From: Bacteroidia bacterium
GTDB lineage: Bacteria > Bacteroidota > Bacteroidia > NS11-12g > UBA955
Length of the DNA: 48,952 nucleotides
NCBI GenBank assembly: GCA_044371405.1
Contig: JBILTS010000001.1
Span: forward strand, 1 to 48,952
Direction of reading: 5' to 3'
Below are positions 15,589 through 25,873 of the stretch, piece after piece. The stretch's first letter is position 1. Every line of letters starts with the position of its first letter. The notes under the pieces are model-generated. The model worked only from the letters and a program-made list of their open reading frames with translations, made no database searches and was not told where the DNA came from. Both the position numbers and the translations under genes were made by a program.

Positions 15589-18500
15589 AAAATCGTATTT
15601 TACTAGGGCTCTTCATGTTGATGCTGGGTGCTGAGAGTGCAAACGCCCAGTTTATGTTTCCCATGATGCCCGGTATGATGCCGGGGATGATGCCGGGATA
15701 TGGCGGTTATACTGATACATCAAAACCACAAAATCAGCCCCAGATGCAATCCCAAAAAACAGGGCAACCACCGCAACAGGGAGGTGAAGAAAATGGTGAT
15801 GAAGAAGAGGTAGATCCTGAGCAAAAGCAGAACGAGCTGGAAGTGAAAAAAATGAACCTGAGAAGCCAGCGCATGAAGCTGGAGCAAGAATTGGCTTACC
15901 TGAAATCCAAAGACCCAGATTTGCTTACCCCTGAGGAGAAGGAGGTCATCAGAATCCAGACCGAAAACCTAAAAATGATAGCCCTTCAGGAACGCACCAT
16001 CATTGAGGAACAGCAGCGGGAACTGGAAAAATTCCGCAATAAAAAGAATTTTCCTTCCGCCAGTGTATACGGGCATCAGTTTTTCCGCGACGGCAGTTTC
16101 CGTTTCTTCCAAAAAACCGACGAAATCGCCGTAACCGACAATTACGTACTTGGTACCGGTGATCAGGTGCAACTGGAAGTTTGGGGCTATCGCTACTGGA
16201 GCAAAACCTACGTGGTAAGCCAGTCAGGCAGTATTGACATTGAAGGTTATCAGAAGATTTTTGTTAAAGGACTTTCCCTGCAAAAAGTGCGAGAAATGAT
16301 CGGTTCGCGCCTGGGGCTTGGCGGTCAGGAATCTTCATATTCCGTAACCGTTACCCGACCCAGAATGGTGAGTGTAAATATTTTTGGTGAAGTTTTTTCT
16401 CCGGGAACATATACCGTTCCTGCCACCAATGGTGCATTTAATGTGCTGGTGAGCATGGGCGGTCCCTCTGATATAGGTTCTGTTCGAAATATATACATCA
16501 AACGCGATGGGAAAATCCGTGATTCGTTTGACCTTTATGAATACTATGCAGATGTGAAACACCAACGGGATGTTTTTCTGCAAAACAATGATTACATCAT
16601 CGTGGCACCGGTAGCCAATCTGGTGAATATTGGCGGTGCTGTGCGCAGACCCGGCCGTTATGAGCTGAAAAATGGTGAAACCATGGCTGACCTGATTCGG
16701 TTTGCCGGTGGTTTACAGCCCAATGCTTTTTTGAAGGATATTTTACTAAGACGCATTCGCAACAATGAATATGAGGTACTGTCCCTGAACTATGACAGTT
16801 TGCTCAAAGCCAAGAAGAATTTTGTGATGACCGGTGGCGAATCTGTGGAAATAAAATTCATTGGCGTTGATAATCAGTTTATGGTGCAAATATCCGGTGC
16901 CGTATCGGTGCCTGGTCACTATAAAGTTAAAAAAGGTATGCGCATTAGCAGCATGATCAAGAACGCCAATGGCCTTACATCGGATGCGTTTGCTGAAAGG
17001 GGCTTTTTGGTAAGGACTTCAAAGGCACTGGAAAAGAAATACATCAGTTTCAACCCGGCCGAGGCCATCGCCAAACCCGGAACAGCTGCTGACCTGGAGC
17101 TGGAAGACCGAGATACCATCGTTATTTACCGACTTACCGACTTGAGAAAATTCAATGACGTAAGAATTTCGGGCTCTGTTAGAAGGCCTTTCCAAAAACA
17201 ATTTATTGCCGGTCTTAAACTGGGAGAAATGCTCTTTATGGCCGGAGGTCTTAACGATGAGGCAGACGAAAAAAGCGGCTTCATCATGCGCACAGATGCC
17301 AATTTTAATAAACGCCTGATTCCTTTTAAACCTGAAGATGTGAAACCTGGCAGCGAATGGTTCGATTTTGAAATCATGCCCAAAGATGAGATTACAATTT
17401 ATTCGAAAACTGCGTTCAAACGCAATTATTCATTATCGGTTACGGGGCCCGTTAAAGCTGGCGGATCATTCCCATTCAGCGATAACACCCGGGTATCCGA
17501 CCTGATTAACCTGGCAGGCGGCATTGAAACAAACACTTTCAAGTCGAGAGCCATTGTGGTTCACACCGATCTTGAATCCGGTTATCAAAGTCTGAAAACC
17601 GTGAACCTGGCAGAAGTGCTGGAAAACCCTGACAGCAAGGAAAATATTGTGCTTCAGAAAAATGATGTACTTCAGTTATTTGACCTTACTGAGCTGAAAA
17701 ACGACTTTTCTGTATCCATCTATGGACCTGTTCGCCGTGAAGGTCAATTTGTGTTTGCAGAAAACATGACGCTGCAAAACCTTATAGATGCGGCTGGTGG
17801 TCTTGAGTTTATCACTGCAGGAACCACTGTGGAGGTGGTGCGTAACTTCTTTTTCAAAGATGGTAAGTATCAATTTTTAAAACCCCAGGTACTGAACACC
17901 ACCATCACCAGCAACCTTAGTTTTGACGACCGCTTGGTGAATATGCAGCTGCAACCCTTCGACAAAGTCTTTGTGCGCAGAAACCCCAATTTTGTGCCCC
18001 TGAAACTGGTATTTATTGACGGTGCCATAAATTATCCGGGCTACTATGCATTGCAGTCTGAAAACGACAAATTGGCGGCTATCATCAAACGTGCAGGCGG
18101 CTACCGCCCCAATGCAAACCCAAAAGGCAGCAGACTTCGCAGGGCTATGGCTCCGGGCGACACCCTGGATATTGTACTGAAAACCCCAAAAGCCATGAGC
18201 GACCGCAAATCACGCTTTAACCACATCATGAAAGATGGTGATTATATCTTCATCCCCTATACAGATAATCTGGTATACCTAACCGGTGATTTGAACAAAC
18301 AAACACCCAATGATATCGGTGCGTATTACCTCAGAAACAAGAGGGCCAAATTCTACATCAAATTCTTTGGCGGTGGTTTCACCAATACCTCAGATAAAAA
18401 GAAAGTGGTGGTGGTATACCAGGGTGGCCGCCGCATTGCTACCCGGAACTATGTGCTGTTTAAAGTTTATCCAAAGGTTAAACCCGGCTGTACCATCGTG

Positions 18501-18641
18501 GTTAATAACCGCATGAAAACAGAAGAACCATACAAACAACGAAAACGTTTCAGCGTAGATGCATTCCTCAATCAGACCATGATGAGGGCTACCACCGTGC
18601 TGTCTGTGCTTGGTATTTATCGATTGGCAATTGGCAGATAA
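15585..18641 (+). CDS. Very large Wza-type polysaccharide export protein with multiple SLBB-like repeats
   Basis: The GTG at 15585 overlaps the rmlA stop (GTGA) and gives the signal peptide [21 protein letters not shown]; an alternative ATG lies at 15615. Downstream are Poly_export-like and repeated SLBB-like segments (VxVxGxVxxPGxY recurs). Confidence 0.75.
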   Translation: MKNRILLGLFMLMLGAESANAQFMFPMMPGMMPGMMPGYGGYTDTSKPQNQPQMQSQKTGQPPQQGGEENGDEEEVDPEQKQNELEVKKMNLRSQRMKLEQELAYLKSKDPDLLTPEEKEVIRIQTENLKMIALQERTIIEEQQRELEKFRNKKNFPSASVYGHQFFRDGSFRFFQKTDEIAVTDNYVLGTGDQVQLEVWGYRYWSKTYVVSQSGSIDIEGYQKIFVKGLSLQKVREMIGSRLGLGGQESSYSVTVTRPRMVSVNIFGEVFSPGTYTVPATNGAFNVLVSMGGPSDIGSVRNIYIKRDGKIRDSFDLYEYYADVKHQRDVFLQNNDYIIVAPVANLVNIGGAVRRPGRYELKNGETMADLIRFAGGLQPNAFLKDILLRRIRNNEYEVLSLNYDSLLKAKKNFVMTGGESVEIKFIGVDNQFMVQISGAVSVPGHYKVKKGMRISSMIKNANGLTSDAFAERGFLVRTSKALEKKYISFNPAEAIAKPGTAADLELEDRDTIVIYRLTDLRKFNDVRISGSVRRPFQKQFIAGLKLGEMLFMAGGLNDEADEKSGFIMRTDANFNKRLIPFKPEDVKPGSEWFDFEIMPKDEITIYSKTAFKRNYSLSVTGPVKAGGSFPFSDNTRVSDLINLAGGIETNTFKSRAIVVHTDLESGYQSLKTVNLAEVLENPDSKENIVLQKNDVLQLFDLTELKNDFSVSIYGPVRREGQFVFAENMTLQNLIDAAGGLEFITAGTTVEVVRNFFFKDGKYQFLKPQVLNTTITSNLSFDDRLVNMQLQPFDKVFVRRNPNFVPLKLVFIDGAINYPGYYALQSENDKLAAIIKRAGGYRPNANPKGSRLRRAMAPGDTLDIVLKTPKAMSDRKSRFNHIMKDGDYIFIPYTDNLVYLTGDLNKQTPNDIGAYYLRNKRAKFYIKFFGGGFTNTSDKKKVVVVYQGGRRIATRNYVLFKVYPKVKPGCTIVVNNRMKTEEPYKQRKRFSVDAFLNQTMMRATTVLSVLGIYRLAIGR

Positions 18642-19681
18642 TGAATACCCCGGCAAAACAACCTTTCAATTTATTCAGTTACCTTAAACTGGTTAAACCC
18701 TATTGGCGCAAACTGCTGCAGGTATGGTATGTGCCCGTGGCCCTATGTCTACTTTTTGGGTTGTATAAATGGTACAATGAGCGCCAAAATTCTCCTTACT
18801 TTACCGCCCAGATCACCTACATGCTGGAAGATGAAATTTTAAATGGTGCTCCCGTCTCAAACCCATTGATGGCAGCCATTACCGGACAATCTCCTACCAG
18901 CAACAAAGCCATCATGAACGACCTTGCTTTCAGCAATTTGCTGATTGAATACACCCTGCTGAGGAACACGACAAGTGAAGGTCAATACATGCCCCTGGTG
19001 AATTATCTGCTAAAAAAGCAAGGGCAAGACTCCACAAGTCCCGCCTGGTTTAAAAGTGACTATAAAATTGGTGATAATCCATCCAAGGATGAGATGCTGC
19101 GCTCTTTCAGCAATGGCATTAAACCCACATTCAAAGCCACCTCCAAAGAATCAGGTTTACTGGTAATGTCATTTTCAAACAGCGATGCTGTTTTCTGTAA
19201 GCGCTTCCTGGAACAACACCTGCACACCATCTCCGATTTTTACATAGACAAGCGGATGGACAGGGCCAATATGATTATCAAAGCAGCCACACGCAGAAGA
19301 GATTCCTTGCTGGCTGCCTTGCAGGGCAAAGAATATAATTCAGCCGCTATACAGGATCAAGGTTTTGGAACGGTAATGCGACGGGCAAGTGTTCCACAAA
19401 CCCAGCTTCAGCGAGATATTACCATGCTGAATGCACAGTATGGTGAGAGTCTGGCAGCACTAAATGCCGCCAAAATGGAACTGGAGAAAAAGCGCCCGTT
19501 TATTGCCGTTGTAGATGATATAAGATTCCCACTGGAAGCCACCTACCCCGAACCCTACAAGAAAGGAGCCATATTTGGCATCATCGGGTTAATCCTGGGA
19601 GTTGTTCTCATTGTTGGTTACCACTTGGCTAAAGAGTTTCTGGTTAAACAAAAACAGGCATTCCGAAAAATGACCCCTTAG
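18641..19681 (+). CDS. Wzz/polysaccharide co-polymerase-like chain-length determinant (no kinase domain)
   Basis: N- and C-terminal TM segments flank a helical periplasmic region. Its start overlaps the upstream stop (TAATG). Confidence 0.65.
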   Translation: MNTPAKQPFNLFSYLKLVKPYWRKLLQVWYVPVALCLLFGLYKWYNERQNSPYFTAQITYMLEDEILNGAPVSNPLMAAITGQSPTSNKAIMNDLAFSNLLIEYTLLRNTTSEGQYMPLVNYLLKKQGQDSTSPAWFKSDYKIGDNPSKDEMLRSFSNGIKPTFKATSKESGLLVMSFSNSDAVFCKRFLEQHLHTISDFYIDKRMDRANMIIKAATRRRDSLLAALQGKEYNSAAIQDQGFGTVMRRASVPQTQLQRDITMLNAQYGESLAALNAAKMELEKKRPFIAVVDDIRFPLEATYPEPYKKGAIFGIIGLILGVVLIVGYHLAKEFLVKQKQAFRKMTP

Positions 19682-20976
19682 TTTACCTCTATTACGAAAT
19701 AATTTTTCTTGCCCTTTTGCACCAGCAAATACTTACCATGTAGCAGATAAGTGCTGTCAATGTTTCCATTAATATCCGTATATTTTTCCTTATTGAAGGA
19801 TACCGCCTGCGCCTGAATCATTTTGCGTGCCTCACCTTTGCTGGGGAATATACTGGTATGCTGAGCCAATAAATCCAATACCGGTGTCCCTGTTTGAATC
19901 AGGGTAGCATCTATGGTGAATTTTTCCATGCCCTCCAGACTGCTGCTGAGGGTTTCCGAATCCAGTGCCATCAGATCTTCACGGGTACCACCGCCAAAAA
20001 ACACGTGCGTAGCTTTAATGGATAATGCTAAATCTTCCGCAGAATGCACCCTTTCTGTCATTTCTTCGGCCAGGGCCTTCTGCAATAGCCGCAAATGCTC
20101 TTGACCGGTGTGTTCAGCTATTAGCGATGCAATCTCATCCCTGCTTTTCAGCGAATAAATCTTGATAAACCTCACCGCATCTTCATCGGCTACATTCAAC
20201 CAAAACTGGTAAAAACGGTAGGGTGAGGTTTTTTTTCTGTCCAACCTCACATTTCCGCCCTCGCTTTTGCCGAATTTGGTACCATCGCTTTTGGTTATCA
20301 GCGGTGCTGTGATGGCAAATGCTTCTCCCCCAGTTTTGCGGCGAATAAGCTCTGTACCTGTGGTAATATTCCCCCACTGGTCACTTCCTCCAAGTTGTAA
20401 TTTACAACCTTTTTGGGTGAACAAATGGTAAAAGTCATAGCCCTGAACCAGCTGGTAGGAAAACTCTGTAAATGACATGCCTCCGCCCTCCAGACGGTTT
20501 TTTACGCTGTCTTTTCCCATCATGTAGTTTACAGTGATGTGTTTACCCACATCCCTGATGAATTCCAAAAAGCCAAACTTACCAAACCAATCGTAATTAT
20601 TAACCATTTCAGCACGGTTTTCACCTTTTTCAAAATCCAGGAACTTCATCAGCTGCTGCTTCTGGCAATTCAGATTGTACTCAATTTGCGTAACATCCAA
20701 TAATTTTCTTTCATCGCTTTTACCGCTGGGATCACCCACCATGCCTGTTGCACCGCCTACCAGCGCAATGGGTTTATGCCCTGCTTTTTGCAATAAAATC
20801 AGTAGGGTGATGGGCACCAGGTTGCCTATATGAAGCGAATCTGCCGTCGGATCAAATCCGCAATATCCTGAAACCTGCTCGCCATTGAGCAGCTCCTGGG
20901 TGCCGGGCATGGTATCGTGGAGTAAACCACGCCAGCGCAACTCTTCCACAAAATCAAAGTGGGGCTTGAAAGACAT
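19678..20976 (-). CDS. tyrS: Tyrosine--tRNA ligase
   Basis: HIGN motif (SLHIGNLVPI), KFGKS (KMSKS-type) motif and S4-like C-terminus. Start at the ATG at 20976. Confidence 0.95.
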   Translation of the reverse strand: MSFKPHFDFVEELRWRGLLHDTMPGTQELLNGEQVSGYCGFDPTADSLHIGNLVPITLLILLQKAGHKPIALVGGATGMVGDPSGKSDERKLLDVTQIEYNLNCQKQQLMKFLDFEKGENRAEMVNNYDWFGKFGFLEFIRDVGKHITVNYMMGKDSVKNRLEGGGMSFTEFSYQLVQGYDFYHLFTQKGCKLQLGGSDQWGNITTGTELIRRKTGGEAFAITAPLITKSDGTKFGKSEGGNVRLDRKKTSPYRFYQFWLNVADEDAVRFIKIYSLKSRDEIASLIAEHTGQEHLRLLQKALAEEMTERVHSAEDLALSIKATHVFFGGGTREDLMALDSETLSSSLEGMEKFTIDATLIQTGTPVLDLLAQHTSIFPSKGEARKMIQAQAVSFNKEKYTDINGNIDSTYLLHGKYLLVQKGKKNYFVIEVN

Positions 20977-21011
20977 GCCGCGAAAATACAATAATTGTTA
21001 CGGATAAATGG

Positions 21012-21434
21012 CTAGGATTCCTTAATCCGCTTAACCGTTTCAGAAATATACTGCTTCAGTGCATCAGTCTGCTCATCTTCGAGTCCACTGGTGGCAAAGC
21101 TTACTACCTGCCTGCTTTCTTTTATCTGAAAATTTATTTCATACACCAGATAATCCACACGCATCATGTAGTTCCATGGGATGAAAATATACCGCGAAAC
21201 AAGACTCTGCCGCCATGAAATGCCGGTTTCATCTACCTTAACGAAGTATGCTCCCCTAAGTTTGAAATACAAAATCGCTACGATGGCCAGTGCGATAATC
21301 AGGGCAATGAATCCGCCCAATACACCAAATATGGCGTAGTGAATAGACCAAACAACAAAACACAAAAAACCAGCCACAATCATCTGGGGCAATTCCGCCT
21401 TGGCACGGGGAATTGTTATTATCAATGGATCCAT
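21012..21434 (-). CDS. Membrane protein, 2 TM plus small soluble domain, unknown function
   Basis: 140-aa ORF lying 4 nt downstream of the preceding gene. Confidence 0.5.
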   Translation of the reverse strand: MDPLIITIPRAKAELPQMIVAGFLCFVVWSIHYAIFGVLGGFIALIIALAIVAILYFKLRGAYFVKVDETGISWRQSLVSRYIFIPWNYMMRVDYLVYEINFQIKESRQVVSFATSGLEDEQTDALKQYISETVKRIKES

Positions 21435-21438
21435 GTCC

Positions 21439-22149
21439 TTAAGGAACCAGCAGTTTAGTTTTTCTTTGGCCGTCGGTTACGATGTAGATGCCAGACTTAA
21501 GTGCTGCCACGGAGAAACGCAAGGTGTGGGGTGTTTTATCCATGATTACAAATGGCACCTTTCGGCCTGTGAGGTCCGTCATAAACCAATCGGCACCGAC
21601 ACGTCTGTCTTCAATTTCCACAACATCATTTGCCGGGTTTGGAGATACACGGAATGAGGTTGAATTAGGCTGCGATAATGAAGCTGTGCCGTTAACAACC
21701 TCAAGGGTGTAGGAAGAGATTGAGTCGTTCTGGGTGGTTGGGGTAAATCCGCCAACTTTGGCGAAGGCACGTACATAAATTTTGAGAGGGTAAGACCCAG
21801 CCTGACTGGCAGTGCCATAAAAACTGATGCAGCGGACAACATCCCACAAAAAGACGCAGCGTGGGTGCTGGCATTTGTAATTGATACCCGCAGGTAATCC
21901 TCCGATGCTGAGAACCTTAATAGAATCAATTTTTACAGGTACTTTAGAACCTAAAACGATAGTATGTGTATCCCTGAATGTGAGTACAGAAATACCTTCG
22001 TTATAGGGGATGTTCACTTTGGCAGGGGGCAGAGATACAGGAAGAAAGCCAGATTTTTTCAGATTAGTATCCGGAACACAGGTTTGGCTGGTAGCAGAGG
22101 CGGCCCATAGAAGGATCGTTGCAAAAAAGAAATTTTTAACCATTATCAT
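21439..22149 (-). CDS. T9SS-secreted protein (type A C-terminal sorting domain)
   Basis: Signal peptide MIMVKNFFFATILLWAASATSQ and a C-terminal Por_Secre_tail-like segment (SPNPANDVV...GIYIV...KLLV). An alternative ATG lies at 22143. Confidence 0.75.
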   Translation of the reverse strand: MIMVKNFFFATILLWAASATSQTCVPDTNLKKSGFLPVSLPPAKVNIPYNEGISVLTFRDTHTIVLGSKVPVKIDSIKVLSIGGLPAGINYKCQHPRCVFLWDVVRCISFYGTASQAGSYPLKIYVRAFAKVGGFTPTTQNDSISSYTLEVVNGTASLSQPNSTSFRVSPNPANDVVEIEDRRVGADWFMTDLTGRKVPFVIMDKTPHTLRFSVAALKSGIYIVTDGQRKTKLLVP

Positions 22150-22168
22150 TGCAAAGTTGATTGCACGA

Positions 22169-24454
22169 ATGTACAAAAAAATTCTATTTCTTAAACGCAC
22201 AACGGCTTTGGTTATTTTTTGCCTGATTATTCAGCTAAAAGCGCAAGTTGTTATCAACCTGAAATCAGAAGATGGAAGTACTTTAATACCCGATTCCTTC
22301 AGTGCCTACAGCAACATGGGTATGATTAGGGCATTCTCTGTTTCAGGCAACCGCGTCATCATTGAAAAAGATGTTCGAAGGGTGCGCATGGTTGTAAAAA
22401 ACCACATTACCCTCGACACCCTGCTTAGGCAGGATCTAATGCCAGGCACAGAAATTACTTTCACCCTAAAACCCAAAATGGTTTTCATGGATGAATTCAT
22501 CATCAGCACAGATAAAAACCCATCGCGGCTAAGCCGCAGCTCTGTTAGTGTATCCCTTCTAAAACCCTACCTGATTAACAACAAAATAACCTCCGATATT
22601 TCCACTGCCTTGGATCAAATGCCCGGAGTAACCGTGAGTGATGGACAAATCAATATCCGAAATGGCAGTGGTTGGAGCTATGGTACAGGCAGTCGCGTAA
22701 TGGTAACACTGGATGAATTGCCAATGATCAGTCCGGATGCAGGACAAGTGCAATTTGGATTCCTGCCCGTGGAAAACCTGGCATCCGTGGAAGTAGTTAA
22801 AAGCGCCGGTAGCGTGCTATATGGTTCCAGTGCCTTAAATGGAGTAGTAAACCTGCGGAGTGCGGAACCTGAAAGAAAAGCCAATGCAAGGGTCACAGGT
22901 TTTGCGGGTTTCTATGATTTTCCCCGAAGAGACAGTCTGCGCTGGAATAAAAATCGCCGGGGCATTCACGGCACCAATGGTTTTTGGTCTCAACGTATCG
23001 GTAACACAGGCATCACTGCCCAGTGGAATGCCATATACGACCAGGGCTATCGCAGAAATGAATTCAACCACAGGGCCAGAATGGGCGTTCGGTTAAAGCA
23101 TACTTCCTCCCAGGTAAAAGGACTTTCATACGGTGCCAATACAGGCATCCAGCAATCCAACAGCGGTTCATTCCTGCTGTGGCAAAGTTATGCCCGGGGC
23201 TACGAAACCTTCGATTCGGGTTACAACTTCAACAAGGGCTTTCGCCTGCACGTAGATCCTTTTGTGGAATGGAAACTTAAAAAAACTACCCATAAGTTTC
23301 AGTCGCGATACCTGGCACTGGAGAATAAGGCAACCGCCAACAATGCGGGCTCAGACCAAAGCAATGGTAGCAGTATGTTGTATCTGGAATATCGGATAAA
23401 CAGGTCATTCCGGCATTTGAACCTTACCATGGGGGCGGCAGGCATGTTCGCCGAAACGCACTCAGCTTTGTTTGGCGGTAAACAAATTGCTGAAAACAGA
23501 GCCGCCTTCTTTCAAACCGAATATAAACTGGGCCGTTTGCAACTTTCCGGCGGCGGAAGATATGAGATGTATGCCATCAATGATGCCGTATTTACCAAAC
23601 CGGTTTTCAGGGCAGGCGCCAACTATGCGTTGGGCAGGTCTACCTTCCTGCGGGCCAGTGCCGGACAGGGTTTCCGTTTTCCCAGTATGGCAGAATTATT
23701 TGTTACTACATCGGTGGGTCCGCTTACCGTATTCGCCAATCCGGGGCTCCGCCCCGAATCTGGCAGCAATGCCGAAGTTGGGCTAAAACAAGGATATAGA
23801 ATTGGCGGATTCAAAGGGTTTGCCGATGTGAGTCTGTTTCAGATGACCCTTACAGACATGATGGAATTTTCTTTTGGCAACTGGGATCCCATAACCGGAC
23901 TGGGTTTCAAAAGCATCAATGTGGGTGTGGGAAAAATCAGGGGCTTTGAATTTGAAACCATGGGCGAAGGCAAAATTGGCAACACCCGCTGGCAACTACT
24001 CGGTGGCTATACATATACCCTGCCAACCACAGCAGATCCCGGTTTTGTATATGCAAAAGACAGTGCAAGTTTTTTGTTGAACTTTGAAAACACCCGCAGC
24101 GACAGTAATAACCTGTTAAAATATCGCTTTCAGCATCTTATCAGGGCTGATGTTCAGTGCGGCTGGGAACAATGGGAATTGGGCCTTAGCTATCGCTATA
24201 ACAGCCGCATGACCAATATTGACGGTGCTTTTACCAAGGGTATTTTATCCTACATCATCACCGGCATTCAGCGTTCCATGGATCGGTTGGGCTCAGCCCA
24301 CATTTTTGATGCCCGGGTGGCCTACAAGGTTAATAACCGCTGGAAAGTGAATGCTCAGGTATCTAATCTTTTCAACCGGGAATATGTTGGCCGTCCCTGC
24401 GATCTGCGTCCACCCAGAAGTTTTCAGCTGCAGGCGGTTTGGACCCTCCGCTAA
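22169..24454 (+). CDS. TonB-dependent receptor
   Basis: Signal peptide MYKKILFLKRTTALVIFCLIIQLKAQ, plug motif VEVVKSAGSVLYGSSALNGVVNLRS and a long beta-barrel region. Confidence 0.85.
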   Translation: MYKKILFLKRTTALVIFCLIIQLKAQVVINLKSEDGSTLIPDSFSAYSNMGMIRAFSVSGNRVIIEKDVRRVRMVVKNHITLDTLLRQDLMPGTEITFTLKPKMVFMDEFIISTDKNPSRLSRSSVSVSLLKPYLINNKITSDISTALDQMPGVTVSDGQINIRNGSGWSYGTGSRVMVTLDELPMISPDAGQVQFGFLPVENLASVEVVKSAGSVLYGSSALNGVVNLRSAEPERKANARVTGFAGFYDFPRRDSLRWNKNRRGIHGTNGFWSQRIGNTGITAQWNAIYDQGYRRNEFNHRARMGVRLKHTSSQVKGLSYGANTGIQQSNSGSFLLWQSYARGYETFDSGYNFNKGFRLHVDPFVEWKLKKTTHKFQSRYLALENKATANNAGSDQSNGSSMLYLEYRINRSFRHLNLTMGAAGMFAETHSALFGGKQIAENRAAFFQTEYKLGRLQLSGGGRYEMYAINDAVFTKPVFRAGANYALGRSTFLRASAGQGFRFPSMAELFVTTSVGPLTVFANPGLRPESGSNAEVGLKQGYRIGGFKGFADVSLFQMTLTDMMEFSFGNWDPITGLGFKSINVGVGKIRGFEFETMGEGKIGNTRWQLLGGYTYTLPTTADPGFVYAKDSASFLLNFENTRSDSNNLLKYRFQHLIRADVQCGWEQWELGLSYRYNSRMTNIDGAFTKGILSYIITGIQRSMDRLGSAHIFDARVAYKVNNRWKVNAQVSNLFNREYVGRPCDLRPPRSFQLQAVWTLR

Positions 24455-24495
24455 GCAAAGCTGACAGACACATTTTCAAAAGCCCGCAAAAAGCG

Positions 24496-24503
24496 GTAAT
24501 TTT
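24496..24503 (+). promoter_or_regulatory. -7 box TAATTTTG for gap
   Basis: Perfect TAnnTTTG 27 nt upstream of the ATG at 24531. Confidence 0.4.
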
Positions 24504-24530
24504 GCGGCATAAAATCATAAAAACCTAATC

Positions 24531-25541
24531 ATGAGTAACGTAAAAGTAGCCATCAATGGCTTTGGCCGCATCGGCCGTCTGGTTTTCCGCGAAATCTATA
24601 ACATGCAGGGCATCGATGTGGTAGCGATAAATGACCTCACCAGCCCTCAGGTATTGGCACATTTGCTGAAATACGACAGTGCCCAGGGCCGCTTTAATGC
24701 TACCGTTTCTCATACAGAAAACAGCATCATCGTAAACGGTGAAGAGGTAAAAATATACGCTCAGAAAGACCCGGCCCAAATTCCCTGGGGTGCCCATGGC
24801 GTAGATGTAGTAATTGAAAGTACGGGCTTCTTTACCGATAAGGCTAAAGCCGAATCTCACATCGCAGCCGGTGCCAAGCGCGTGGTTATATCAGCCCCCG
24901 CCACCGGCGATTTGAAAACTGTTGTTTTCAATGTAAACCACCACATTCTGGATGGCAGCGAAACCATCATCAGCGGTGCCAGCTGCACCACCAACTGCCT
25001 GGCTCCCATGGCGAAGGTGCTGAACGATAACTTTACCATACTGGCCGGAAGCATGACCACCATTCACGCCTACACCAATGACCAGAACACCTTAGATGCA
25101 CCACACCCTAAAGGCGATCTGCGCAGAGCCAGGGCAGCCGCACAGAATATTGTTCCCAACAGCACAGGTGCTGCCAAAGCCATTGGCCTGGTATTACCCG
25201 AGCTGGCCGGCAAGCTGGATGGCGGCGCTCAGCGCGTTCCCACCATCACCGGTTCTGTAACTGAACTGACCGTAATCTGCGAAAAGAAAACCACTGCTGC
25301 CGAAATCAACGCTGCCATGAAAGCTGCTGCGAATGAGAGCTTTGGCTACACTGAAGAAGAACTGGTAAGCACCGACATCATCGGCATATCCTTTGGATCA
25401 CTGTTTGATGCTACGCAAACCAAAGTGGTTACCGTGGGCGACAGCCAACTGATTAAAGTGGTGAGCTGGTACGACAACGAAATGAGCTACGTGAGCCAGC
25501 TGGTGCGCACGGTTAAGCATTTCGCCGGATTGATTTCTTAA
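24531..25541 (+). CDS. gap: Type I glyceraldehyde-3-phosphate dehydrogenase
   Basis: NGFGRIGR and the active site SCTTNCLAP; 336 aa. Confidence 0.97.
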   Translation: MSNVKVAINGFGRIGRLVFREIYNMQGIDVVAINDLTSPQVLAHLLKYDSAQGRFNATVSHTENSIIVNGEEVKIYAQKDPAQIPWGAHGVDVVIESTGFFTDKAKAESHIAAGAKRVVISAPATGDLKTVVFNVNHHILDGSETIISGASCTTNCLAPMAKVLNDNFTILAGSMTTIHAYTNDQNTLDAPHPKGDLRRARAAAQNIVPNSTGAAKAIGLVLPELAGKLDGGAQRVPTITGSVTELTVICEKKTTAAEINAAMKAAANESFGYTEEELVSTDIIGISFGSLFDATQTKVVTVGDSQLIKVVSWYDNEMSYVSQLVRTVKHFAGLIS

Positions 25542-25560
25542 ATTAAATAATAACACCTCA

Positions 25561-25587
25561 AAAACCCCGGATTTCCGGGGTTTTTTT
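25561..25587 (+). terminator. Rho-independent terminator after gap
   Basis: AAAACCCCGG-ATTT-CCGGGGTTTTTTT: a 6-bp GC stem followed by a T7 run. Confidence 0.75.
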
Positions 25588-25615
25588 ATGGATTAACCCC
25601 CACATTTGCATATCA

Positions 25616-25855
25616 ATGAAAAAGCTACTATCCGATACCATTTCACCCGGCCGCTACCGCCACTACAAGGGCAAGGAATACGAAGTCATTGGAATGGCCC
25701 TGCACAGCGAAACGCTGGAAAGCATGGTTGTGTATAAACCTTTATACGAAACCCCCGAAGTTCCGCCGGGAACACTATGGGTGAGGCCTGCGGCCATGTT
25801 TTTGGAAATGGTGGAGACGGAAAAGGGGCCTCTTCAGCGTTTTACGCTGCTTTAG
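25616..25855 (+). CDS. DUF1653 family protein
   Basis: YRHYKGKEYEVIGMALHSETLE..VVYKPLY..LWVRP..MF matches the DUF1653 pattern. CACATTTG lies 7 nt upstream. Confidence 0.7.
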   Translation: MKKLLSDTISPGRYRHYKGKEYEVIGMALHSETLESMVVYKPLYETPEVPPGTLWVRPAAMFLEMVETEKGPLQRFTLL

Positions 25856-25873
25856 TGAAGTTGTTCCGGATTT

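Noticed and set aside
22010-22168. Extension of the TonB-dependent receptor ORF, and the analogous extensions at 33925-34038 (GH92) and 22150-22200 (T9SS cargo).
   Set aside because: Signal peptides begin at the internal ATGs, and the extensions overlap the divergent gene.
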